Part shown: positions 8,409-14,979 of the stretch, piece by piece
Numbering within the stretch: the stretch's first letter is position 1
Layout of the letters: each line of letters starts with the position of its first letter
Origin: an uncultured virus (IMG/VR IMGVR_UViG_3300034073_003023)
Taxonomy: Duplodnaviria; Heunggongvirae; Uroviricota; Caudoviricetes
Reading direction: 5' to 3' (one strand)
DNA: 20,000 bases
Virus record (IMG/VR): IMGVR_UViG_3300034073_003023
Notes under the pieces: model-generated
What the model saw: only the letters and a program-made list of their open reading frames with translations
Told to the model about the DNA's origin: nothing
Database searches by the model: none
Translations under genes and position numbers: made by a program

Positions 8409-9173
8409 TTATATAGTAATATTTAAGGTGTGCTTTGCAATAAGATACTCTTTGACCAATCCACTACGGCATACATCTTCAATACCAAATTCAATAAAAT
8501 CAAATGATGGCATTATTTGAAGAATCTTTATAAAGTCATGAATTCCATTCCTTTCATTCTGACGAACTAAATCACTTTGAGAAGCATCCCCGCAGAACAT
8601 AATTTTACAGTTTTCACCAACACGAGTAATGATTGAATCTTGCTCATGTCCATTCATATTTTGAAATTCATCTACAATCAGAATACAATTATCAAATGTG
8701 GTTCCTCTTAGAAAAGAAGAAGACCAAAAACTTATAGTTCCTTGAGTTTTTAGATTACCATAAAGCATCTCAAAATCCTCATCGGAAGGAAGTTGAAACA
8801 TATATTTTACCATATTCTTATATGGTATTTCAAAAAGAGCACTTTTATCTTCGTGTCCTCCAGGAAGAAATCCAATTTCTCTAGTTTGAACTAGAGAACG
8901 AATGATATAAATTTTTTCATAAGGTGTTCTTTGATCAAGAACATCTCTTAGAGCATTATAAAGAACGATGAAGGTTTTACCAGTTCCTGCCGCACCATAT
9001 GCAACTATATTTTTTCCTTCATCATAAGAATCAAAAAGTTTTGCTTGATTATCTGTGAGAGGATCAATATTCAAAAGTAAATCTGAATTGATTGGTTTTC
9101 TACGTTTCATCTGCTTAGCAGTTAATCCTACCCCAATTGGATTATCTTGCGTGGTTCTTCTTTTTCTTGCCAT
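8409..9173 (-). CDS. phoH: PhoH-family ATPase
   Basis: Walker A GAAGTGKT, IGFLPG, FLRGTTF, VDEFQN, TRVGE...GDASQSDL, RSGLVK. Confidence 0.96.
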   Translation of the reverse strand: MARKRRTTQDNPIGVGLTAKQMKRRKPINSDLLLNIDPLTDNQAKLFDSYDEGKNIVAYGAAGTGKTFIVLYNALRDVLDQRTPYEKIYIIRSLVQTREIGFLPGGHEDKSALFEIPYKNMVKYMFQLPSDEDFEMLYGNLKTQGTISFWSSSFLRGTTFDNCILIVDEFQNMNGHEQDSIITRVGENCKIMFCGDASQSDLVRQNERNGIHDFIKILQIMPSFDFIEFGIEDVCRSGLVKEYLIAKHTLNITI

Positions 9174-9179
9174 ATAAAA

Positions 9180-9428
9180 TTAAATAGGTTTTACTCTTGA
9201 TCCTGGTGCTTTGGATGCTTTATGGAGAACATCATTCCATCCTGGGTTTTTCTTGATAAGTTTATCCCTCCACTCACCCACTTCTGCTGAAGATGGACAA
9301 GTAGAAGGATCAGACCAATCTCTATCCCAATCCGGATTATCTTTTTTCCATTGATCCCAATCGTGAACACTCATAGAGACTTCTTTTTGTTCACCTGTGA
9401 CCTTATTAATAACTGGATAAGTTGCCAA
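9180..9428 (-). CDS. Conserved cyanophage hypothetical protein (TTG start)
   Basis: ATYPVINKVTGEQKEV...WKKDNPDW...GWNDVLHKASKAPGS; SD GGAGG and ATAAATA at 9454-9460. Confidence 0.85.
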   Translation of the reverse strand: MATYPVINKVTGEQKEVSMSVHDWDQWKKDNPDWDRDWSDPSTCPSSAEVGEWRDKLIKKNPGWNDVLHKASKAPGSRVKPI

Positions 9429-9456
9429 ATTAAACCTCCATAAAATATAAGGTTAT

Positions 9457-9615
9457 TTATTCTAATGTTATACTGGGAGCATCATCACATTCAACACAAT
9501 CAATACATTCATCCAAGTCTGGATTTCTTTTCAAGAAGTCTTGAAATTCTTCTTCTGTTAAAAGAATTTTAAAAACACAACCAGTTAAATGATCTTTTAT
9601 GCAATATGATTTCAT
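9457..9615 (-). CDS. Small Cys-rich acidic protein (52 aa), below the ORF-track cutoff
   Basis: MKSYCIKDHLTGCVFKILLTEEEFQDFLKRNPDLDECIDCVECDDAPSITLE*; fills the gap between thyX and the next gene. Confidence 0.7.
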   Translation of the reverse strand: MKSYCIKDHLTGCVFKILLTEEEFQDFLKRNPDLDECIDCVECDDAPSITLE

Positions 9616-9620
9616 AAAAA

Positions 9621-10373
9621 TTATGGAGATAGCCTTGCTTTATGTAGACGTTTTTCTTCGTAATACTTCCAGATATGAGGTGCCCACTTTTCAAGATGAG
9701 GAACAAATTGTTCGCAAAGTGCCTGAATTTCTAGTTGGGCATCCATCTTTGCTCGCAAATCCATAATATGGAGGACAGAACGCAGATTAAAAGAAACCAC
9801 AAAGTTCTGACGAATTGCTTGTGCAAGATAATCCCTAATGTGTTCTTCACACATTCCTCTTTCGTATTTTGAGGCATAACGCTTACAACCTTCGTAAATG
9901 AAATCTAGTTCATCCTGATAGTCGCCAAGTGTCCATTCATACTTCTTACCATAACGGTTGGTATAGAAACCAGGAGGACGAACATAGAATACATCTTCAG
10001 GATTAAGTTCTCCACTCGCAACTTTTACAACACGCTTACCAGTATAACGTTGGGACTGAACATCGAAGGAAACCCCAACACGGTGAGTTCGTGCCTGCAT
10101 TGCTACGTTATGGACATATCCTGAAACGGAGAATGTGATGCCAGGATGCTCTAACGGTCCCCAGTGCCCCTTCTCGTTGCTCAGGAGACGTTCTACGACC
10201 CACTCACCACACTTGGAGGCATTTGGGATTTCCTGTTCGTGAATAGGAGTTTCTGAGTAATCACACTTCGCTGCCTGATAGATGACTTGCTCTGGAATAG
10301 CATAACACTGCAGAACTTCAACCTGCAGATTTTTATCGAATTCTAAAAGGTCTTTTGCTTTAATTGGTTTCAT
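9621..10373 (-). CDS. thyX: Flavin-dependent thymidylate synthase
   Basis: GHWGPLEH, QARTHRVGVSFDVQSQRY (ThyX motif variant), NLRSVLHIMDLRAKMDAQLEIQ. Confidence 0.92.
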   Translation of the reverse strand: MKPIKAKDLLEFDKNLQVEVLQCYAIPEQVIYQAAKCDYSETPIHEQEIPNASKCGEWVVERLLSNEKGHWGPLEHPGITFSVSGYVHNVAMQARTHRVGVSFDVQSQRYTGKRVVKVASGELNPEDVFYVRPPGFYTNRYGKKYEWTLGDYQDELDFIYEGCKRYASKYERGMCEEHIRDYLAQAIRQNFVVSFNLRSVLHIMDLRAKMDAQLEIQALCEQFVPHLEKWAPHIWKYYEEKRLHKARLSP

Positions 10374-10376
10374 AAA

Positions 10377-10511
10377 TTAATTACCGACTTTTTTCATTTC
10401 TGTATTACAGGTATTACAGTAGTAAGAATACCCACTTTTAAAAAATTTTACAACCTGATAATTGTCTTGATTAAGAAGAAGTTCCTGCTCACACCTCAAG
10501 CAGGTCCTCAT
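10377..10511 (-). CDS. Small zinc-ribbon-like protein (44 aa)
   Basis: MRTCLRC...YYCNTC (two CxxC); SD GGGGAG before ATG 10511. The longer ORF-track start would overlap the upstream gene heavily. Confidence 0.65.
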   Translation of the reverse strand: MRTCLRCEQELLLNQDNYQVVKFFKSGYSYYCNTCNTEMKKVGN

Positions 10512-10692
10512 TTTCTCCCCACAATTCTCGTTCTTTTTTTCTGAGTTTTTTAAGTTCTTTATAATGTTTTTTAATTTCTTGATAAGCATCTTCGGGACTC
10601 ATTTTATCAGCAATTTCAAGACCTGCAATCAAAGCACATTTATCACCAAACCGGGCAAGTGCTCTTTCATATGGACTTAAATCTTCATACAT
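10489..10692 (-). CDS. Conserved cyanophage hypothetical protein
   Basis: YERALARFGDKCALIAGLEIADKMSPEDAYQEIK; TAATG coupling to the upstream gene. Confidence 0.8.
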   Translation of the reverse strand: MYEDLSPYERALARFGDKCALIAGLEIADKMSPEDAYQEIKKHYKELKKLRKKERELWGENEDLLEV

Positions 10693-10874
10693 TATTCTTC
10701 CTCCTCGTAATAATCTGGTTCGTAATCATAAAATGATGGGTTTTTAATTAGGTCTTCTAGACTAACTATATTTTTTTCTTCTGGTTCTTCAAGTTCAAGT
10801 TTTAATGATTGAACCAAAAGTTCCATATTTTTAATAATTAGTTTAACTTTTTCTCTGTTCATTGCGATATTCAA
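10692..10874 (-). CDS. Conserved cyanophage hypothetical protein with an acidic tail
   Basis: MNREKVKLIIKNMELLVQSLKLEL...DYEPDYYEEEE; the true start is probably the ATG at 10862. Confidence 0.8.
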   Translation of the reverse strand: MNIAMNREKVKLIIKNMELLVQSLKLELEEPEEKNIVSLEDLIKNPSFYDYEPDYYEEEE

Positions 10875-10883
10875 TTTGGTATC

Positions 10884-10912
10884 ATTCTACATAAAAAAAG
10901 AAGGAGTGTCAA
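10884..10912 (-). promoter_or_regulatory. Sigma70 promoter embedded in a terminator
   Basis: TTGACA (10907-10912)-N17-TAGAAT (10884-10889). Confidence 0.8.
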
Positions 10913-10923
10913 TCCTCCTTCTC
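10893..10923 (-). terminator. Intrinsic terminator closing the riboswitch operon
   Basis: AGAAGGAG-gattgaca-CTCCTTCT followed by a T-tract. Confidence 0.8.
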
Positions 10924-11061
10924 ATATTTAAACACCTTTTCAAACCATTCCATCAAGTGTATTCCATAGCAATGCCAATACTTTTGTCCACGATATGTTA
11001 AAAGATAGCAAGCAGGTTTTCTGTCGTCTGGATCTTTTTCGTGGTAGTAGTCTTCAATCAC
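10909..11061 (-). CDS. Micro-protein (50 aa) with an LTYRG motif, DUF4278-like
   Basis: GTG start in a GTGA overlap with the upstream peptide: MIEDYYHEKDPDDRKPACYLLTYRGQKYWHCYGIHLMEWFEKVFKYEKED*. Confidence 0.65.
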   Translation of the reverse strand: MIEDYYHEKDPDDRKPACYLLTYRGQKYWHCYGIHLMEWFEKVFKYEKED

Positions 11062-11159
11062 GCTACTTGGGGCTTTTTAGCCATATTTAGTTCGGCATTA
11101 TGAAGTTTGACTTGTTTTTTATTTTTAGTTTTTAGGTATTGAACGAAAGCAATTTTCAT
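11058..11159 (-). CDS. Basic riboswitch-controlled peptide (33 aa)
   Basis: SD AAGGAG 7 nt before the ATG: MKIAFVQYLKTKNKKQVKLHNAELNMAKKPQVA*. Confidence 0.7.
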   Translation of the reverse strand: MKIAFVQYLKTKNKKQVKLHNAELNMAKKPQVA

Positions 11160-11188
11160 AGGTCTGCTCCTTTACTTGTGGGTATAGG

Positions 11189-11251
11189 TGCGTTCCTTCG
11201 GTTTCCCTACTTCCGTCTCTATTTGCTATTTGCAAATAGCAGATGAACGAT
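11189..11251 (-). ncRNA. Glutamine riboswitch class I (glnA RNA motif)
   Basis: AUCGUUC-[P2]-GACGGAAGUA-GG-GAAA-CC-GAAG-GAACGC: P1 CGUUC/GAACG, E-loop AGUA/GAA, P3 with a GAAA loop, P2 CUAUUUGC/GCAAAUAG. Confidence 0.9.
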
Positions 11252-11257
11252 AGGAGT

Positions 11258-11286
11258 ATCCTAACACTCCTATTCTAGTTAGTCAA
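11258..11286 (-). promoter_or_regulatory. Sigma70 promoter for the riboswitch transcript
   Basis: TTGACT-N17-TAGGAT with TGn; predicted +1 near 11251, at the first nucleotide of the riboswitch. Confidence 0.8.
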
Positions 11287-11293
11287 GTAATAT

Positions 11294-11309
11294 TGTATCT
11301 TTTGCTACA
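11294..11309. promoter_or_regulatory. NtcA-binding site
   Basis: TGTA-TCTTTTGC-TACA matches the TGTA-N8-TACA consensus; intergenic, just upstream of the -35. Confidence 0.7.
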
Positions 11310-11310
11310 A

Positions 11311-11637
11311 TTATCTTTCAATATAACTCAGGGTATGGTTCTGAGCATAGAGTTGTTCGATGATAATGTCACATCCAATCTTAGGGTTACAATCACCGCA
11401 AGTATAGACATCACACGCAGCCTTACCTTCTTCCGGCCAAGTATGAATACTAATATGACTTTCTGAGAGTAAGCACAATACCGTAACTCCTTGCGGGTCA
11501 AACTTTTTGTATACTGTTTCACACACAGTTGCCCCACTAGCAGACGCAGCGTTTTCTAGTAGGTCAATAAGAAAATGCTCATCGTTCAGGAGAACGAATG
11601 AGCATCCATACAAGTTAAGTAAGTAGTGCTTTCCCAT
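11311..11637 (-). CDS. speD: S-adenosylmethionine decarboxylase proenzyme (pyruvoyl-dependent)
   Basis: MGKHYLLNLYGC...FDPQGVT...LSESHISIHTWPE...DVYTCG; contains the ESH self-cleavage site. Confidence 0.93.
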   Translation of the reverse strand: MGKHYLLNLYGCSFVLLNDEHFLIDLLENAASASGATVCETVYKKFDPQGVTVLCLLSESHISIHTWPEEGKAACDVYTCGDCNPKIGCDIIIEQLYAQNHTLSYIER

Positions 11638-11640
11638 TTA

Positions 11641-11832
11641 TTATATTTGGTTTTCCTCTGCCTCTTTAATTAGTTTACTCACATAATTCTCCGTACCATC
11701 CATAGTTTTTACTGCAAACAGAGGAGATTTCATATATTTTTTTATTTTTTTATACTGTTTAAGTATTTTATTTACTTCATCATCATTTATGATTACTTTG
11801 ATTTTTTCATCATTATTAAATCCTTTATTCAT
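11641..11832 (-). CDS. Hypothetical protein
   Basis: ATGA-coupled ORF in the operon; ILKQYKKIKKYMKSPLFAVKTMDG. Confidence 0.75.
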   Translation of the reverse strand: MNKGFNNDEKIKVIINDDEVNKILKQYKKIKKYMKSPLFAVKTMDGTENYVSKLIKEAEENQI

Positions 11833-12158
11833 TTTTTCTTTTTCCCCTCAGATGCTTTATATCCCCAAAGTCTAGGATTTACTCTACCATATCCCCAATC
11901 AATTTTTTGAACTGATTCTGGACCAAATTTATCATAATACATATCAAAAATCTTCACTCTAGTTCCACGACATAAATCCATAAAGGTTTCATTATTTACT
12001 CTATAAATTACAATATATGCATCTGATGGAAGAGATGGATTTTTTATCTGTTGCAGAGTAGTTCTTTCAAAGAGTATTTCACATCCGTATTGAGAAGGAA
12101 TTTCTTTCTTTTCTTCAGGTGTCCATTGTGCCATTTTTTTCTCCGCAACTTGGGTCAT
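11829..12158 (-). CDS. Conserved cyanophage hypothetical protein
   Basis: SLPSDAYIV.Y...DLCRGTRVKIFDMYYDKFG...IDWGYGRVNPRLWG; ATG 12158 overlaps the upstream stop. Confidence 0.8.
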   Translation of the reverse strand: MTQVAEKKMAQWTPEEKKEIPSQYGCEILFERTTLQQIKNPSLPSDAYIVIYRVNNETFMDLCRGTRVKIFDMYYDKFGPESVQKIDWGYGRVNPRLWGYKASEGKKKK

Positions 12159-12730
12159 GAGCGACCTCCCCAACGAATATCAGGATATGCTTCTTTAACA
12201 ATATCCCAACTTATCTTATATTTATCAGTAAGTTTTTTGTCTTTCACAAGACATACAAGTTCTGCTTCAAGAGGGTGAAGACCTTGAAGCATATTAATAA
12301 AAATAGTTTCTTTACGAATTTGAGAAAGAGTATTGCTTCCTCCTTTCACAAAAATATAAAAGTTTTTATATTCATTGCGAAGAGAAGTGTGCTGCTTATT
12401 CATAACCTCATCAGCTCCAGCATAAGCACCATTTGTAAGATTAGTATTTTTTGCCTTACTTTCAATTAGATCAGTAAGATTTCCACCAACAGATGATTGA
12501 TCATTTGGATCAGCATAAGGAACTGGTCCTGGAGGAAGAACACTAATTACGGTTTCATCAAAATTCCAAATTAAAAGACTGACAAGAGCATCATTACGAT
12601 AGTCTTTAAGAACTTCTACTTTTTTAGCATTACTTCTTTGCTTTGAAGCCAATTCTAAAATTTCATACTGAAATGGATTAGCTTGAAGTTTTTGAACTGG
12701 CTTTTCAGATTTTGTTTTTGTTGTAGTCAT
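12155..12730 (-). CDS. Conserved T4-like phage hypothetical protein
   Basis: LIWNFDETVISVLPPGPVPY...TSLRNEYKNFYIFVKGG...RKETIFINMLQGLHPLEAELV; ATAAATA at 12768-12774. Confidence 0.85.
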   Translation of the reverse strand: MTTTKTKSEKPVQKLQANPFQYEILELASKQRSNAKKVEVLKDYRNDALVSLLIWNFDETVISVLPPGPVPYADPNDQSSVGGNLTDLIESKAKNTNLTNGAYAGADEVMNKQHTSLRNEYKNFYIFVKGGSNTLSQIRKETIFINMLQGLHPLEAELVCLVKDKKLTDKYKISWDIVKEAYPDIRWGGRS

Positions 12731-12773
12731 AATTTTTTTTAATGCAAATCATTTATGATAGATTTTTTATTTA

Positions 12774-13007
12774 TCAGTCATCTTCAACCTCTTCTTCATC
12801 ATCAAAATATCCTTCCTCAAATCTAACTGCTAAAACTTCATCTGGAACTATATTTCCATTGTCATCAAAAAATTCTGGGTGTATATTACGAATACCGTAA
12901 ATTCTTTCAAATTGATATTGTTTAAATATCCATCCTCCAATTAATCCAATAAAAAGAAACATTACACAAAACAAAGTCGTGAATGTTAGGATAATTGATA
13001 GTTCCAT
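12774..13007 (-). CDS. Conserved membrane-anchored hypothetical protein
   Basis: N-terminal TM segment, HPEFFDDNGNIVPDEVLAVRFE, acidic tail; SD GGGAG. Confidence 0.8.
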   Translation of the reverse strand: MELSIILTFTTLFCVMFLFIGLIGGWIFKQYQFERIYGIRNIHPEFFDDNGNIVPDEVLAVRFEEGYFDDEEEVEDD

Positions 13008-13023
13008 TGGTTTCTCCCGAGAG

Positions 13024-13161
13024 TTATTTTTTCTTCATGTCAAAAAAGAAGTCAAGTTGAAAATGCAGCTCTCGTTGAAAGAGAGACAGCATCTTACCAA
13101 AACTGAATTTGAAAGTTTTTGGATTTGATGTTTTCTCCCTCCCACTATTATTTCTTAACAT
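13024..13161 (-). CDS. Hypothetical protein (about 45 aa)
   Basis: GGGGGA SD-like sequence before ATG 13161 and CTAAATA at 13197-13203. The ORF-track start at 13254 overlaps the upstream gene. Confidence 0.6.
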   Translation of the reverse strand: MLRNNSGREKTSNPKTFKFSFGKMLSLFQRELHFQLDFFFDMKKK

Positions 13162-13195
13162 TAACTCAATCCCCCGATTAATCTGGAGATCAGAG

Positions 13196-13555
13196 TTATT
13201 TAGTTTGCTTTTTTCTTCTTCCTTTTCTCTTGTCATGATTATATTTTTCAGCATCTTCTAAAATGCCTTGCAAATAGTTTTTGATTTTTCTTGCCTGAGG
13301 TTTAGACAAATGACCATATGCCTCACGAAGTTGTTTGTGCTCATTGTCCGCACCTCCTTGAATGTAATTATTCAAATCTAGAATGACTTCTCTAATATTT
13401 AAAACAGTTTTGCTTTGAATAAATTCTTCAACTTGAGATTTTATTGCTCCTTTGATTTTTAAATACTGATAAAAATCAAGCACAAACTTTCCTTGAAAGG
13501 CATAATCAATTGCCTTTTCTACATCATAATGAACTTCGTGAAAAGTCTTTTCCAT
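13196..13555 (-). CDS. Conserved cyanophage hypothetical protein
   Basis: VEKAIDYAFQGKFVLDFYQYLK...HKQLREAYGHLSKPQARKIKNYL. Confidence 0.85.
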   Translation of the reverse strand: MEKTFHEVHYDVEKAIDYAFQGKFVLDFYQYLKIKGAIKSQVEEFIQSKTVLNIREVILDLNNYIQGGADNEHKQLREAYGHLSKPQARKIKNYLQGILEDAEKYNHDKRKGRRKKQTK

Positions 13556-13795
13556 TTATATAATGTTATTTTCCTTAAGATATTGTACTGTATCTGTACA
13601 TCCACCAAGATTAACTATGTCATTCATAACAACTTGAGGAAATGTTGATCCTTGCCCAAACTGAGAATAAAATTGTTCTCTAGTAAAGTCTTCATCTAAC
13701 TTATAAACCTTATGTTCTAGATTTGAAAGCATAAGAACTTGTTCAATCTTAGAGCAAAAGGGACAACCATATTTTGAATAAACTGTAAATTTCAT
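13556..13795 (-). CDS. nrdC: Glutaredoxin
   Basis: YSKYGCPFC, TFPQV, LGGCTD. Confidence 0.92.
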   Translation of the reverse strand: MKFTVYSKYGCPFCSKIEQVLMLSNLEHKVYKLDEDFTREQFYSQFGQGSTFPQVVMNDIVNLGGCTDTVQYLKENNII

Positions 13796-13890
13796 AATAG
13801 AACAACTAAAGGTATTAACAACATAAGAATTGAAATGATAATGCCCCCTACTTCATATAGTAGGGGGATAATACTATTATATGGATCCAT
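13792..13890 (-). CDS. Small hydrophobic peptide (32 aa)
   Basis: MDPYNSIIPLLYEVGGIIISILMLLIPLVVLL*; ATGA overlap with the glutaredoxin start; fills the gap. Confidence 0.55.
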   Translation of the reverse strand: MDPYNSIIPLLYEVGGIIISILMLLIPLVVLL

Positions 13891-13893
13891 AAA

Positions 13894-14265
13894 TTAATAA
13901 TTTATATTTTTTCTTGGACGATAAACATAGTACTCATTGTCATTTATTTGTTTCTGCCATTCAATAATAGCAGATAATTTTTCGGTTGTAAAGAAAGGTT
14001 GTTTCATATACCAATCATACCAAATTTGCTGACCTTTTGAGTGATTGCATTCATTGCAAGCACACAATACATTTGTTACTCGATCACTTCCTCCCTTAGA
14101 TCTAGGGGTAATATGATCTAATGTTAGATTTTCGTCATTTCCACAATATGCACATTGATTATTCCATTTTTCTTTAATTGATTGTCTCCATTTTCGTTTT
14201 GCCTCAGAACTTGATGTAGCTTCTAAATTAAACAACAAATCTTGAGAACTTTGATACAGAGGCAT
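13894..14265 (-). CDS. HNH endonuclease (McrA-like)
   Basis: CAYCG...LTLDHITPRSKGGSD...NVLCACNECNHSKG; CTAAATA at 14287-14293. Confidence 0.9.
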   Translation of the reverse strand: MPLYQSSQDLLFNLEATSSSEAKRKWRQSIKEKWNNQCAYCGNDENLTLDHITPRSKGGSDRVTNVLCACNECNHSKGQQIWYDWYMKQPFFTTEKLSAIIEWQKQINDNEYYVYRPRKNINY

Positions 14266-14294
14266 TCGTAATGTGCGAATTGTAATTATTTAGA

Positions 14295-14603
14295 TTAAAC
14301 TTCTTCTAGGTCACCAAAATTATAATATGTTCCTTTTTTATTATTATCTAAAAATTTAATTTCTATTCCTTCTGGAGTAGAAGTTTCTATATTAGATTTT
14401 AATGGGTATATGAAGTTTAAAACTTCAAAGATCCTATTATTAATTTTTAAATCGGATCGATTTATGCGATACTTTTTCCCAATTTCAATAGTAATAAACT
14501 TAAGAACTCCAGGATTTTTTTCAACTTTAAACATAAAACTTTTCACTTTATCGGAAAGCGTTCTCAATTTATATTCTTCTACTTGTTCTTGAGTTATTGC
14601 CAT
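14295..14603 (-). CDS. Hypothetical protein
   Basis: 102-aa ORF preceded by the consensus late promoter TATAAATA (14625-14632). Confidence 0.7.
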   Translation of the reverse strand: MAITQEQVEEYKLRTLSDKVKSFMFKVEKNPGVLKFITIEIGKKYRINRSDLKINNRIFEVLNFIYPLKSNIETSTPEGIEIKFLDNNKKGTYYNFGDLEEV

Positions 14604-14627
14604 AAGGAGAAGTACTTTTAAGAATAT

Positions 14628-14930
14628 TTATACTTGAATAGGTTTCCCTTGACCTTCAGGAAGTGCTTTTTTATTTGGTCGAGGATTAAGACTTTCATTC
14701 TTAATTACAATAAACTTATCTTTATTTAAAGTTCCAGCAACCTGAACTTCAAAACTATCATCACCAGTCCATCCAAGGTCTTTCATAATCTGAAAAACAT
14801 CTTTCATCATATAATTGTATTTGGTCTCTTCCTTTGAAGTTCGCATAAGGTCTTGAATTAGGGACTTATACAAATCATCAATATTCTTTTCACCAGACCT
14901 ATAAGGGTTTCCGTAAGTTTCTTTAGTCAT
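14628..14930 (-). CDS. Hypothetical protein
   Basis: 100-aa ORF, co-oriented and tightly packed. Confidence 0.7.
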   Translation of the reverse strand: MTKETYGNPYRSGEKNIDDLYKSLIQDLMRTSKEETKYNYMMKDVFQIMKDLGWTGDDSFEVQVAGTLNKDKFIVIKNESLNPRPNKKALPEGQGKPIQV

Positions 14931-14959
14931 AAAAAATGAGAGGTTTGTCCTCTCATTTT
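14931..14959 (-). terminator. Intrinsic terminator (could act in both directions)
   Basis: AAAATGAGAGG-acaaa-CCTCTCATTTTTT. Confidence 0.8.
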
Positions 14960-14979
14960 AACAGATTTGTTAAGGAAAA

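Noticed and set aside
9174..9460. Pho box upstream of phoH
   Set aside because: No convincing tandem PyTTAAPyPy repeats; phoH appears to be internal to an operon
11189..11251. tRNA gene
   Set aside because: No cloverleaf or T-loop; it matches the glutamine riboswitch pattern instead
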